Shown in pieces: positions 37,801 through 52,800 of a stretch of DNA of 64,000 nucleotides. This DNA comes from Monocercomonoides exilis PA203 (Eukaryota; Protista; Preaxostyla): assembly GCA_001643675.2 (NCBI GenBank), contig LSRY02000027.1, positions 372,001 to 436,000 of the forward strand, read 5' to 3'. The translations under genes and the position numbers were made by a program. The notes under the pieces are model-generated. The model was given only the letters and a program-made list of their open reading frames with translations. It was not told the origin of the DNA and did not search any database. Every line of letters starts with the position of its first letter. The stretch's first letter is position 1.

Positions 37801-40800
37801 CTGCTGGGCAGACAAAAGGGATGAAGCTTCAGAAAGGTCAGATGAAGACAGCAACGAATCAGTGTACTTTTCAAAGAAAGCGCTTGATCCCAACTGGCCA
37901 ATGACAGAAACGTGATCAACAAACAGAAGAGGTTTCGTGCGCTGAAGAAGTGACGATACATCTTGTGCATTGCCTTCACATCGGACTCTCCTCCGCTCCA
38001 GCTCTTCGCTCAGCGAAAGAACATCTTTTTCATCGTTGCTGTGTGGATGCAGACTTGTGGGTGGCGGAATTCTATCGCGAATATTTGACTGAAGAACTGT
38101 GCTTGAGGGAGCTCTTGATGAGGATGAAGAGCGTCTTTGTGGGTTCATTTGGTTCATAAGCTGACTTGCGAGATTTGGTGGTAAATATCTTGAAAGATAA
38201 TTATCTGGTTGGTCTGATCGTGAAGATCTGGAAGTAGAAGAAGAAGAAGATGATGATGATGCCGAATAGTTAGGGTTGAGAAGCGATCGAATGCGATCTC
38301 TGGTTTGAGTAGTTGATTTATCAATTCTTTCACCCAACGAGTTACGATTTTCCTCTTCTGCTTCCATCTCCTTATATCTGTCATCGTTCACAGGCCCAAG
38401 ATCTTCCGGACCCCATCTATTTGCTCCAATATGTACAGATTTGATTGTCTTTTTCTTCTTTTTCTTCAGAACAGGAAGCTGGCCAAACACAGCCTGCTCA
38501 AGTGAATAAATTGAAGCTCCAAAATGTGTTCCAGGGAAAAGCATCGAATCGGATTCAAAGTAATCTCTCTGATCAGGATCTGCGTCGTTCTGATCGCCTT
38601 CGTCTTCATTGTCATCTTCGTCAGGCTCATCACCTTCATCATCGTATCCTTCATCTCTTCTATTTCTCCTGTCTTGCCTCTGCACAGAGTTCACCATCCG
38701 ATTCCGTGCTCTTTCTGCTTCTTCCCTAAAGTCGTTCGGAAGCGATGCCAACTGTTCATCTCTCAGCTGAAGATACACTTCTGTTCTTTCGTTTGGAGGG
38801 AGCGCTGTGATCAGACCTACCAAGCCAGCTGTTGGGTCTTCTTCAGCAGCAAGCATGGCAGCAAGCGCTGCATCATCTTCTGTTGATGGCACTCCTCCAG
38901 CTCCACCTCCACCTTCTGACATTTCCCGCTCTCTTCGCCGTCTTGCCCTCCGTTCTGCAACCTCTCGCTCGTGCTGCGCCATCACCTCAGCAACCAACTC
39001 TGGTGGGAGGGCAGCCAAGAACGAAGGTGAGATTCTTCCTTCATCATCAGAGTCATCATCCTCTTCAGCTCCGTTTGCTTTTTTGTCTGCGTCTTCATCT
39101 TCTTTCGCAGACGATCCGGGTGATTTCTCGTCATCAAGCTGTTCTCCTTTAGCCTTCCGCTCTGCTTCTTCTTTCTCTCGTTTGATTCTTTCCTCTTCTT
39201 CTTTCCTTTTTCGTTCCGCTTCTGCCCTTCTCTGTTCTGCTCTAATTCGTCGCTCCTCCTTTCTCCGTTCTCTTTCACCACGTCTGAAGAACTCTGCCCA
39301 TACCCTTTGCTGTCTTTTGCTGTAATCCTCAATAATCACTTGATCAACATACAAAACACGATGAAAAACTGTTGAATGAGATACGCTTTCATCTACATTG
39401 TTGTCTCTCTCTTCTCTTTCCTTTGCTTCTTTCTTGCAATTATCTCTAAGGTTTCTGCTGCTTTCTGCATACATCCTTTCTGCTTCATCTTCTTGCTCCA
39501 AGCGATTTGTATATGAGCAATACTCAGTCGGGCGTATATGAATGACACTCGAAACATCGCCTACCTGAGCAGCACTTCCATAAAGCAACCAGGTAAATAG
39601 ATTCAACGTACGTCCACCATTGATCTGCTGCAACAGATAATTTAGATAGGATCGCTGACTGTTCTCGTGGCTCGACAAAAGAGGAGAATGTGATGGTCCT
39701 TTCAGAAGTCCAATCCTTTCGGCAGCTCCAAAGTCATGCGTTGAACGAAGGCGTTGCATGATATTGGTTTGATGTTGCAATCTTTCGATTGTGTTCGAAA
39801 TCTCACTTTCTAATTCTTCATTATCGGATTTTTGATCCATTCCTCTACGTTGATTTGCTTCCACCAAACAATTGAGAAGCACAAAACGATTGAAATCGTC
39901 ACAAAGATTAACATTTTCGGTTTCCAAAAGTGATCCCCATTGAACATCGCTCGCTGAGCCATTGTCAACATCTAATTGTTCTGGCAATGTGTCACATGAA
40001 ATGTTACTGGAATCACTTTCAACAGAAGTTTTGCACTCTCTCGTTTCCTTCTCCTTGCTGAGAAATGGTTCCATCTGAATTTCCTCCAAACTTGTCCATC
40101 CACGCTTGCCTTCCATCAGGCTGACAATTTCAACATCATTATTATCCGCCCGCCTTTCTCTTGCTCTAAGTTCTTCTGGAAATGCATTTTGAATATATAA
40201 CTGCAAAACGAAGATTCCTCTTTGCGGATCTGAAATCAGAGATTGCTCATCGTGAGTGAGACCATTATGCTCACTTTTAACAGTCAATTCACCTGAGCTC
40301 ATCACTTTGAACCGAGAAGGATATAATCCCATGTCTGGATAAGACCCAAGCTCCTCATCTCTGCAAGCAGATACTTGGTTCAGGCGCGCAATAAGCGAAT
40401 TCGTGAATGGCAAGAACGAGTAAGATGATGGAGCAATTAATGAAGAGTAAGGAGATGAATATGGTGTGAAAGCAATCGTCTCTAATAAATGATTGCTAAT
40501 TGGTGCGCTGTGCAGTGCAGTAAATGGAGAAGCAAATAAACCATTTTCTGTCGAATTCATATCCACATCGTTTTCAGTCTGTGAAAAGCTGACTGTTGGC
40601 AAATGTGTAACAATAGTATTATTGTTTATGATTGCAGGATTCATCGGTTCTGCTCTAATTGAAGAAACCCCAGCTGAACTTGATGTTGCATCAGCGTCAG
40701 AAGATGATGCCTGCGTAGAAGGAGCACCAATTGAATTCGATTCATCTTTCGTTTTGTTCATCAAAAATGCCGTTTCAAATTTAAATCTTGGAGCTTTTGC

Positions 40801-43800
40801 CGTATTTTCTGGGGGAAAAGCCAGAGCTGGAGAGCAGACACGCTTTTGAGTTGATGCAATGGAGATTACAATTCCTCTGAGTGTGCGATCTCTCCACACA
40901 ACAGTCTCATCTAACGCTGCCATTGAAATCAAATGAGCTGGACAATGCCTAACACGAGCAGAAGATGAACGGCACAGATTATTCTTCAAATGAGATGAAT
41001 TCTGTGAGTCATTGATATGCGCAGAAGTCGTTTCATTGCATTCTTTTTCAGCAATCTTTTCTTTCTGGTGAAGTTTCTTTTGTCCCTTCTTATTATTCTT
41101 CAGCAGCCACACAAGAGGATGCTTAGCAAATGAATTCAGACCCCACATGCCAGCAGGCGATCCATATTTTTGAAGCATCACTGGAGCATAGTAGCTTTCG
41201 TTGGGCTTCGAAAGATTGAGCAATTTCCTAATGTCAATGTTGTTGGTCTTGAAAGAAACAGGTTGCGGAGAAGGCAACGAAAACCCTTCAAACAAATCAT
41301 ACACTTGCAATGGATACATCGATGGAACAAGCAATGGAATGACTATATCTTTCAGCCACATTGCAATGAAACTATTACCTGTGCCTTCTTGTTCTCCGGT
41401 GAACAGCTTATACTGCATTTGCCTTATCATTGGAACTGAATTTGTTTTTGGAGCTACAAATTCTTCATCTTTCTGCATCTGAGGCACTTGCTCAGAAGGA
41501 GAGATGCTTAACGTGGAAGAGGATGAGGATGAGGAAGAAGAAGTGGATAGCAAAGTTGAAGCCGTTGTTGCTTTTGAGGATGAGTCATCTTTTTGAATCT
41601 TCATTGATTCGTTTTCTTTCGCTTTCATCTTCTCTGTCTTTGGCTTCGAAGCAGTGTTCTGGCTTTTGGAGTTAGCTTCATATTTTGACTTATACACAAC
41701 CATCGGGCAATTCAACTGTGCTGCTGTGAAAAACGTGCCTTTATAAGGCAGATGAAGAGCCGATGGATCATTTGCTAATTTTGATGAAGATAGATGCAAT
41801 GCCTTGTGAAGATTGACAAATGTTTCAAAGAAGAACTGAATCAAACAAGAAGACGTATTGAACGGCGAAAATGGAATGGAGCTGCTCTGGTTGTAAGTAG
41901 TAGTAGCAACCCGTGGACATGAGCAATCGCGCAAATACTTCTGTGTTTGGGCTTCGTAGAATGTGTTGCTGTCTGATTGCACTTCATCAGCCAAAACAGA
42001 AGGAGGTGCAACAAGCGAAGGAGATGACAGCACTTTCAGATAAGAAGGTGTTGTAAGACTGACAGCATGCGCATTGTTCAAATGCAGGAAGAACTGAGAA
42101 ATAAAACGAGAACTCGTATAAAGTGAACACAATTCTGGGACGAAGAACGAAATGTGGTTGTGCTGCGGCATTCCGGATGAAGAAATTGCGGTCACTGAAC
42201 CAACAGAAGGTGAAGATATCGCAGATGACGGAGATGGCACAGGAGATTCCAGCTGTTTCATTGTAGAAGAGTGAGAGTGTTGCGGAAGATGACTAATTCG
42301 CACTTTGCCTGCACAGTCAATTGAAAGCAGAGTAAGAGAATGTGGTGTGTTTGGAGGAAGCATTATAAATTGTGATGAGTGTGCAATTTTCATTTCTCCA
42401 TTTCCTATCAGTTGTTGCGATTCAATAAATGGCTCAATATGCGAAGATGATGCATATGAAGAAGAAGAAGATGACGACGACGATGATTTTGAACTTGATT
42501 TTTCGTCAGAACCTGTTGATGCAGTTGTCTCTGATTGTGTGGACATTCCAACTGTTTCTCCAATCAGACTCACAAATCCATTCACAGGAGACAATCCATT
42601 TTTCATTACATCATCAATTCTTTTGTATTCTCGCAAAGCAATATTCTTAATCTTCTTTTGCTCATATTCTTCATTGGGATCGATTACAATAGCCATCGAA
42701 CACTCTTCGCGAAATGGCTCCATCACCAAGCAACTATCGTCTTCCCGATCCTCAACTGATTCACCAAATGGAGTTGAACTTCTTTCAATCCGAAGGAATT
42801 TCGAGATCTGTTCGTGTTGAAGTGCATTGATCAGTGAAAGGAATGCAAGCTTTATTCCTGCGCTTTGTTGAGTCACTTCTTCAGATAGTTTCGAATGAGC
42901 AGAATTTTTCTGATCCTTCTTCTCAACTCCAGTAATGTTAACACTGCTGCTATTCGAAAGCTCATCAAACAAAACATATCCTCTTTGCAGAATTGTCATC
43001 ACGTTGGGAATAGCTGCACACAAATATGCAACCATTTCAACAGACACAATAGGCAGTGGTGTGTTTATTGAGGCAATGTGCGAGATAAGATTGGCTTCTG
43101 GTCGCGCAAAACTGGAATTTGGATGCTCTGCAAGCAGACGGCGGAGGAGCAGAATCTGATGTGTGAGAGTGAGCAACGACAAGGAAATAGGACTTTCATC
43201 CAAAACATTCTCTGTCAAAGAAAAAGCAGAAGCAGACGAAGACGCATTGGATGTATCGAGCGAATCGAGGGAATAACAAATTTGTTTAAACAATTCAGAA
43301 AACACTATGAAACGCAGAAGAGGTGAGGGAGACGCTATCTCAAGGAGCAAGTCAAGCAAGACATTAGACGGTGAATGAAGAACAGGCGATAAAGAAGGAT
43401 AATTTGGAAGTAACCTAAGCAAAAGATTCACAAAGGAGAATGAGCAGTTGCTTCTCTTCAACTCATTGTTCGTTGAAGATGCAGAGTTGGATGCAGTCTG
43501 TTGGAATGAGCGAGAAAGCGATGGAAGAGAAGCTGAAAGCAACATTGCTTGAGTGAGTGCAGGATGTGTTTGTGAGAAAGAGCGCAAGACAGACAGCGTA
43601 CAAAACACACTATGCGCAGCAGAGGCAGAAATAACCAGTGGAGAATATTCGCATTCATCCTTTACACTTTCACAGCATTTTTGCTGAAGAGAAGACAAAG
43701 AAAGACAAGCGTCTTCAATAAAATCTGAAAATGCATAAAACGCTGAATCAGCAGTCTTTGAAACAATAGGTGTGAATTCAATCGGCTCAGAAGCAGCTCC

Positions 43801-46800
43801 GCAGTTATTTGTTATCGAAAACATCAAAGATAAAATGGCATTTCCAGCGAGAATATCCGAATCTAATTCATATGCCTTCAAATCTCTTGATGCATTCGGG
43901 TTCCTTAAATAAAAGACAATATCTTTCATTTTCAATTTTGGAAGAGGCGGGCACTCTGGTTGAGAAGGCTTCTTTTTGATTGGATGGTCTTTCAGAGTTG
44001 AAGAAGAAGATGATAACGATGACGATGATGATGATGATGATGATGAAGATGACGATGACGAACTATCTTTTTCTTTTGGCGAATCGTTTTTTGATGCAGT
44101 TTGTGGCTGAGGAAGTGATGCAAGCGCAGAATCTTCTGAAAGTGCTTTACACCATTTCTGGGTATCATCTCCTTCAATGTACTGTGGAACAAACATCGGC
44201 TGTACTTCTTTCGTAACAGCGACACAACATTCTTCTTTCAGCACCTTCCGAACTGATGCCTCAAACACACAGCACAGAGGCGTCAGTGCTCTGAGGATAG
44301 AGAGGAGATGAAGAACGATTGTGTGACCTCTGGGAATGATCTGCTCCATCGAGTCATTTTGAACAGATGAAGAAGAGCTGGACGATGAAGATGCTGAAGC
44401 TGAAGCAGATGCGGAAGAAGAAGAAGAAGCACTCGAGCATATAGAATCGCTCTTTTCAGCATTCTCATCCAATTTCAATGACTTTTTGCTGACTTCAACA
44501 AGATTGCCTGTGCGTCGTGCATAGTATCTGGCTTTATGATGAGCGAACAACTCGAACAAAGCTGTTCTTATTCTCGCCTCGATTGAAGCAGCTGTTTGAG
44601 TTAAAGACAAAATAGCAGATGAAACTGGAACTGTGCATTCACTTGGAAGCCACGAAGAAATCTGAAGAAGAGAGGAAATCAAACTCCATCTTTCTGATAC
44701 AAAACTTTCTGTCTGCTTTGATCTGATTGCTTCAGATTCGGCTGAGTGCTCAGAAACAGAAGCAATCTCCATCATGTTGTGTTGCACAAGCAATTCGAGC
44801 AACGAATTAATTGTGGTCGAGTGAATGGGGAGTGCAAGGCTGCATGCTCTTTGTATTTGGCTAGCCAACGACTCAACATCTGCTTCTCTCTTTGTTTGTG
44901 AAGATGCATCCAACAGATTTGTGCAAGATTGTTGAAGAAGCGCAAAGAGGGTCTTAAAGAAGGATTGAAGATCTTCCCTATCCTTTGCAGACAAACTGAA
45001 TGAAGTAGTTGAAGGCTGAGCAAGTTGTGGATCATCGAAAGTGGAAGGAATGTATTCGTCATCTCTTTCATAGACATAATCAATCACTTCATCATCCACA
45101 TCCTCATCAAAGTCTTTGTCAACTTTGACGACTTCTTCTGATTCATCAGATTTCTTGTTGATTTCTTCTTCAATGGTATCTTCTTTGGTTTGATGATGTT
45201 CTGAAGTATTTTCAGAGTCCTCCTCTTTCTTCGAATTATTTGCTGTTTTGTCTTTTGCATATGGTGACAGCAGACAAACCGCCAATTGCGAAAGAGGAAG
45301 AAGAAATGCAGTTTCTTGTTGCATCACAGTCGTTGCCTCACGCAAATTGATTTGCAGTTGGCGAAGAAGAGCGCAAAGTGATGACACATCTCTTTTCTTC
45401 TGCGAGTCTGCTTTGGCTTTCTTTGCCACGAAGAATGCAGTTGCTGGTTGTGACATAAGCTGCATATCTTCTGTGAATATGAAAGGTGCGTTTAAAAATA
45501 TATCTGGAGACAGTGACTCTGCCTGCTTCATAATGGCGAGCTCAGTCTCATCTGATCTCTCCAGATAATCCATGAAATTCTGATAATTGATTTTGTGTTT
45601 AACATCTTCTTTCTTTGAGCATTTCTTGCAAATATATTCCCTTTTGCATGCTCCTTCTCCCCTTTCTGACAAAAATATTTCTCGAGAATGTTCCCATCCG
45701 CATTTTGCATACCACATCCTTCTGCTTTCGCTGGAGTTGTGGAATGGGTGAGGATAAATGCCGCGCGACGGAAGAAGAAGAGGAGTGAACGGAACAAGCG
45801 GAGAGCACGTAAACTGCAGCTGCGGATGAAGAACCATCGCGAATGAAGGTTGCACACAGCGAGTAGTAAGCAGCAATGGGTATGAATGGCTGCAATAGTT
45901 CTTCCATTCTGCGCTCTGCGAAATGGAAGTGTTGATCTCAATGGCTGTGTCATCTTGTTCTGAAGACAACTTTTCATTCTCCAATTCCAATGAACCGCTT
46001 TTTGTGAATGTAACTTTTCCTACGAGTGGATGAGACAACACAGATGAAAATACCTTTCTAAGAGCATTTTGCGCAGAAGAAACGAGAGCATTTGAAGAAT
46101 TCATAATAGGCAGTGCATATTTTGAAAAGAACGAAATATTATCAGATAAAAGATTCAGCTTAATGATTTGGTATCTTGAAGCCAGCAGATAAAGAAGATG
46201 GAAAGAAGAGAAGAGGAGCGAATGGCAAAGTGTCGCTGGAAGATGAAGAGTGCTGTGCATACTGCCAAGTGCAACCTCTGAAAGAGATCCCCAAATGGTT
46301 GGTGGATGAGACAAGGTGAACCTGTCAATCTGAGCAAGAACAAGTCCAATAAATATGTTCAGATAGTTCTTGCATTCAGGGAACATCCTTAAAAGAGGCA
46401 GAGAAACATACTGGCCTGTATTCAGAGTAATTCCACCAGTCATCAGGCAGTTGATTTGCTTCGCGTTTGTATCCTCTTCTTTGTAAGTTGACGATCTAAG
46501 CCACAAACTCTTGTTCATCGGATCTAACGTGTCCCAAACAGTTGGGTCAAGCAGCACATCTGTGTCTGTATATCCAGCGAGTGAATTGAATTGCTCTCCA
46601 ACAGCACTCGTTGCTCCATTTGAAGAAGCGTTTGATCTGTTTGAAGAATTCGATGGAGAAGGGCCTGTTGATGGCCGTGAAAAGCTGTACTTCTCTCCCA
46701 TGTGGTTCATCACGTAGATAAGATACGCCGCAACATTGTCGCTGATGGAGAGGAAGCATGGAGCAATGCTCAGAACATGAGAAGGATTAGATGAGGTTGG

Positions 46801-49800
46801 CTCTGTTGCAGCTGTTACAACAGGCTGGGAATTAAGAAGGCCCGCTCCGAATGTTCTTGTAAGAATATAAGAATAGATAAGCGATGGATACAAAGAAATC
46901 ACAGTTGACAGATAAGTTAATGATTCTTTCATGTTGTTTGAATAAGATGATAGAAGAATATCTTTTCCTTTTCCAGTTGTTTCTTCAACAGAAAACAGGT
47001 TGAATTTATCAACCTCTGCGATTCCAAATGAATGTTGTGGTATTGCTAAGTATTGAGTATTTGATGATTGATTGCACTCATTTGTCTCTGTAATGTCTTT
47101 CTTCAAAGTATTGTTGCATTTAGCAACAATTGTATCATATTCTGTTTCAATTGGACTTGCTTTGTCTGCTAATCGCAAAAATGGTAAAGACCATCCAACT
47201 GCCAGAGGCAAAAATGGAAGATTGGACAATACGAATCGGCTCCATTCATCAGAGATGTTGCCATATTCTAATTGTTGATCCTTTGCCTGAATTGATGAAT
47301 CTTCCTCTGAAATTGGAAGCTTGTGTTCTTGCTCATTTTCCTTTTCATCCTCTGAATTAGATTCATCAGCTGCCACAGCAGCTGAAGGTTCTGAGTCAGA
47401 TTGTTGATCTCTTTGTGTTTTATCACCCTCATCATCCTCCTTCTTTTCTTCAGGCTTTTGTTCTTCAGATGTTTCTGAAAGCGATGCAGCTAAAGCCAAT
47501 TGCAGCAATTCGTCATCACTTAACATCTGCTGCGTGCCGAAGAGACCAGCTTCATCTGCAAAGTCGGAATGAAATTCTGAATTGTGGACTGTCGAACTGT
47601 CATTTTGACCGCTTTCAGAAGGCTGCGAAGATATCAAAGTATCTGCTGCATCTTCTGTTTGGACTGGCTCAAAAGACGTTGCACTATTTGCGGTTTGTTG
47701 AGCTTCTGTTTCTGGTTCAGTTTCTGGTGCATTTTGCTGAGCAACAGATTGCTCGTTATTATCTCCAGCAAACGAAGCTGCAACAGAAGCAGCCTCTAAA
47801 TTGTCTTCTTCATCGTGCTCACCTTGCTCATCAGCAGTAGCTGTTTCGGCACTTGCTTCGTTGTTTGCTTGTCCCTCTTCTGCTTCTTGTTGGGACATTT
47901 GCAAAGCAAGCATAAGCATTGCGTCTTCATCGTCTAAGTTCACAATTTGTTCTTGATCCAGAAATATTGATTGCATCGAATTGGATGGTTCAGTTGCTTC
48001 GTGTGTTGATGGATGCTCGGCTGATTCCTCAGCTTGTGAAGACGTGGACGTTGTTTCTGCTGATGCAGTCGATGTTGCTTGATCTGTCATTGGCACCCCT
48101 GTTTGAGCAGCTGATTCTATTTGAGTGTGTTCTGCTTGATTGTCTATTTGCTCCGGATGCTCTGTCTGATTTTGCTGGGACAGCTGCGCCTGTATATGGT
48201 TCAACGCTTCAGATATCCCTGTTGCTTCAGCTGCCAAGGACGAAACCGTCATAGAAGCTTCTGCCGATGGTCTAACTGCTGATAAAGAAGGAACTTGCCT
48301 GGTTTGACGAGTCATCGCATATGTGGACTGCAGAACAGCCTCCATCATCGCTTCATTCTCAGCATCTCTCGCACTGCGCTGAATAACCAGCTCTTCTATC
48401 CGGCGTACCAAATTTCTCTCCCTCTCTTCCAACACTCTGATGTTTTCCTGCGCTTGCTGCGCTAACATTGCAACACTCCTCTGCTGCCTTCTCGCTTCCA
48501 TCGCTTGTTCGGTCATCTCTTGCATCTGACTCGTCAGAATGAGACGTTGATTGCTGAGTGCTGAAGATTCAGCCCTCAAACTTGATCTAGTTGAGCCATT
48601 CGCTCGAACGAATCGACCGCCTCTTCCTCTTCGAACATGAATATCAGAGAAACCTGCATTTGAACGAATAGTATGCATTCCTGGAAGACGATGTGTTGTT
48701 GGATGTTGCTCGAAAAATACCAAATTTCCTTGATCATGAACATAAAAATGATTTGCATCAACGTTTTGATCACTATCTCTTCCTGATTCATTGCTTGCAT
48801 TCCAAAAATTGTCATCAGTTATTTCTTGATATTCCTCCTCCTCTTCCTCCTCTTCTTCGTCGTCGTCGTCGTCATTGTCAAGCATCGATTCATCATCCAA
48901 ATCAATTGGAGTGTATGTCTGTTCGTCGTCTTCTCCTTCTCCATCTTCAGCATCTTCAAGCAATTCACTACCAATTGAATGCTCACTCGTATTGATGCGG
49001 TTGGATGAAAGTGATTCTAATCTCGTTCTGCCATCACTCTCCAGAGTTCCAAACGAATTTGGACTATCAATTCCAAATCTGGTTTGCCCAATGCGGTGAA
49101 GCCTCTGCTCCATTGTGCTGTTGCTGATTGATGCAAACCCAGAACCATCGCGAGATCTTGTTTCGCTTGTGCTTAGTAAATCAAATGGATGTGTATAGAA
49201 AGCGCTTGAGGAAGATGAGAACGTTCTTGCTGAAGAAGTCGAAGTTGATGGCTGAGCATTCTGTTCATTGATTCTCCTTTGCAACTCATTAATTTGAGCA
49301 TTCATACGCTGAGTTTGTCTGTCAGCTGCCACAACATTGGCACTTGCTTGATCCAACGCAGCCCTCAATTCCGTGTTGTCTCTGCGTGTTGCATTCAACA
49401 GGTTGCGTACCTGCAGAAGCTCTTCATTCATCGCAGGCACGCTTCTTTGATCTGGCTGGTCCGATTGTGCAGATCTGGAAGAAGAAGAAGATATTGCTGT
49501 TGTTGATGATCTTGTGGATGATAGTATGCTTGGAGGCAACGGAGTACACGACTGGCGATTGATATAACTAAGATTTGGGAAGTTGGCGATTGCAGTGTCA
49601 AACGCGGTATCTCTGCTCGGAGCGGATTGCATTGCATCAAATGTTGAACCTTTCTTCGATTCATCAAACGCCTTTTTCTGTGAGAAGGAATCAGAAGATT
49701 GCACTTTTCTTGAAAGCTGCGAATATTTCTTGGAGCCAACAATTGGTATCAAAGGAATGCATCGCAAAAACAGACTGCCTGCTTTGGGTAGAAGCGTTCT

Positions 49801-52800
49801 TTCTCTCTCATTTCGTACAAAAGTCATGCAATTCGTCAGAATTCTAACAGCTTTTTGGATAAATTCATGTTTCGAGGAAGAAGCCAAACGTTTCAGTTTG
49901 CTTGTGAGTTCTGGATTAGAATCAATCAAACAGCGAAGTTGGTCTTTGTTTTTGCAGTCTTTTGCCTCATCATCATTGTCAGAGCTATCTTCAAGCGATT
50001 TGTCTTTCAGAAGCTCGGTTTGCATCAAAGAAAGGAATTCGCACATCAAAGCATGCAGAGAAGGATGAGTAAGTGGTGCACTTGGGAACAAAGGATGTTC
50101 ATCTTCTGAATGAAGGCGAATAAGAAAAGCTTCTTCGTGCTGAGTTGCCGATGAAGCGCCTCTTAATTTTGCAGCAGCATTCAAAGAAGGAGGAACGAGC
50201 AGTCTGGATTCTGTATCCAAATCTTGAGAATTCCCAGACTGTGGTCCATATCTTCGTTGCATTTTTGAAAGATATTTTGAAAAGTTATTGCTCCATTGAT
50301 TCTCCTGCGATTGACGTGAGTTCTGAGATTGAGATGTTCCTTCAGAAGTCTCTGATCCGTTCGGTCCATCTGAATGTGGCTGTTGATCTTTGTGTTCAAT
50401 GTCTGGTTTCTTTTCGATTGAATCCAATCCAACAAATAATTTTTCTGCTGAATTATCACCATAATCCCTAAATGCGGATGGAGGAAGCGTTTTTGCCCAT
50501 CGCTGGATCATCTGAAGGATATGAGAGATTGCAACAATATGCTCAGATGAAAGCAGAGTCATTAGCATCATCGATTCAGTAGGAATAAGCAAAGATTCAT
50601 TTTGTTGCAGCGTGTTTGATGAAAGAGGCAGTGCAGAAGACGATGAAGCAGACAAACTCTTTGCTGCTCCTTCTGCAGCACCTGTCATCTTGTCAATAAA
50701 TCCTTTCATTGAATGAAGTCTCTCATCAATTTCACTTTCTTCACAGAGCCCAGAAAATATTGGTCGCAGGGTCATTAAAATGAACAAAGCACATCGAAAT
50801 TGAATCAAAGTGCCAGGGAAAGAAGAGAATGTCCGAGATTCGCTGCCTCCCCCTGGAGGCATCAGTACATCAGCTACATGACTGTCTTGAGTCAAAATAT
50901 TAATCGGGTGTGTGTGTGGGAATAGAGAAAGAATGATGAAGTTGAGGAGACGATACAGCTCAAACAGCGCCGTGGAGCAGTCGCGAATATTCAGCTGGTT
51001 AAGTGTCAAGACAGCTGGATAGAAGAAGAGGTGTGAAACGGGACTATTTGCACCAGAATCAGATGGAGAACAGAATGAGGTTGAATCCGGCTGTGATGGA
51101 ATTGAAAGAATTTGAAATGAAGATGGATGCAGTCGGAGTACAATTCGTCCCAAATCTCCTCGATCAAGAGGCTTTCTGGAACAAGCGCATTCATCTTCTT
51201 CATTGTCAGACATTTCTTCCTCTTTTTCTCTCTCTGATAGATTATTGTATTCATCCGAAGCTTCACCCACTTTTCCTTCTGCTTTCGAGTTGCTTGGTTT
51301 CGGAATAGAAAACGTTGTAGGAGCAGCAGCAATCCTTTTAAAGGCATAAGTGTTTGTGTGGAGATGAGGACGGTTTGCTGACAGTGACAAAAGTGTCAGA
51401 TCTATAACTGGTGGAGGAACCAATAAATCTTCTGTTTTCTGCTGATCAAATTCGTTGCCTGCTGCTGAAATCTTGCTTCGAGTAGGCGAAAGTGAAACAG
51501 ATGGGACTGAAAGACTTTCAGGCATATAAGATAGCATGCATGAAGATGATAAGCAAGTCGCATAACATTCTGAAGATAAGGTTGAACGTGGATCATATTT
51601 CTGTTTTACGCAATGTGGAGCAATGTGCAGTACAAACGGAGCGGATTCCTCTGTTTCCTCATTCCGCTGGGAGCTTTTATCAATATCTGTGCTTTGCTGC
51701 TTTGAGCTTTTATGTGACAATGACGAAATATGGCAGCACATTGACTGATTGGTATCAACAGATGGATTTGTATCGCGGAGCAGCTTCACTCTCATCGTCT
51801 CCTCCACCACCCAAGATGTAACAGCACCAAGCATTTCCATTCCTCCTCTGTCTATAAATGTCAGCAGAAGTGGATAGCATGGGAAATCTGTTAGTCCATC
51901 CGGATATTTGTCGTTCGGGTAAAACGGGAGCAGCTTACCAGATTTCGAAGAATCTTCGCTTGATGAAGAATCCTTCTTTTTCGGAGTTGGCTTGGAGGGC
52001 GGGGGCTGTTCAGGGCGATGCAAATAAGAGGCCGACAAGAAAAGTGTCTTTGTGATTATACCAAGCACAGAAAAGTAATATGAAGACAGAGTTGTGCTGA
52101 ACACAAAGGAAGCTGATTGCGAGCTCCGATCAGACGAAGATGATGATGTTTTGCTAAATGAATTGCCTCTTCGAGAAAATGGATGCGAAAATAATGGTTC
52201 GAATTTGGCAGATGCAGAATTGGCAGCTTTGTCTTTGTTATTTTGGCTCTTCAATGGATGGAACATTAAAAGAGAAGCAAACAGCTGAGTGACGCACGTT
52301 GCAACAATCCTTTTCCCCAGATCAAAATGCTCATAACAATGTGTAATGAGTGTTTGTTTGGTCTCACTATTGCGCGTCAGCTCCTTCCACTTATCTTCTT
52401 CAAGCCTTTTTGGAATAATTGTCTCAGCCTCCCAATTGCCTGACTCACCATCTGCATTATCCTCATTTGATTCATCTCGTCTTGGAAGTATCAGCGAATG
52501 ATGCATCGTACGAGACTCTGGAATGCGTTGTCTTGTGACGAGTGGCTGCAGCATCGGATTAACACCCATTGTCATAAACGAGCAGCAGATGTCCAGCACT
52601 TTGTTCACAAGAGGAACAATAAAGTTTCTGATGCGCTTTGTGCCTGTCCGAATGTACATGCGAACAGACTGCGGAAGTGCCATTGGAATGGCGCGACACT
52701 GTTCATATGCTTTCGAAGTTGATTCGCTGTTTTCTGCAACAGTCCTGTCCTTTCTCATTAAATCAAACAATTCCTCTTCTTCTGCTTGTTGCATAATGCT

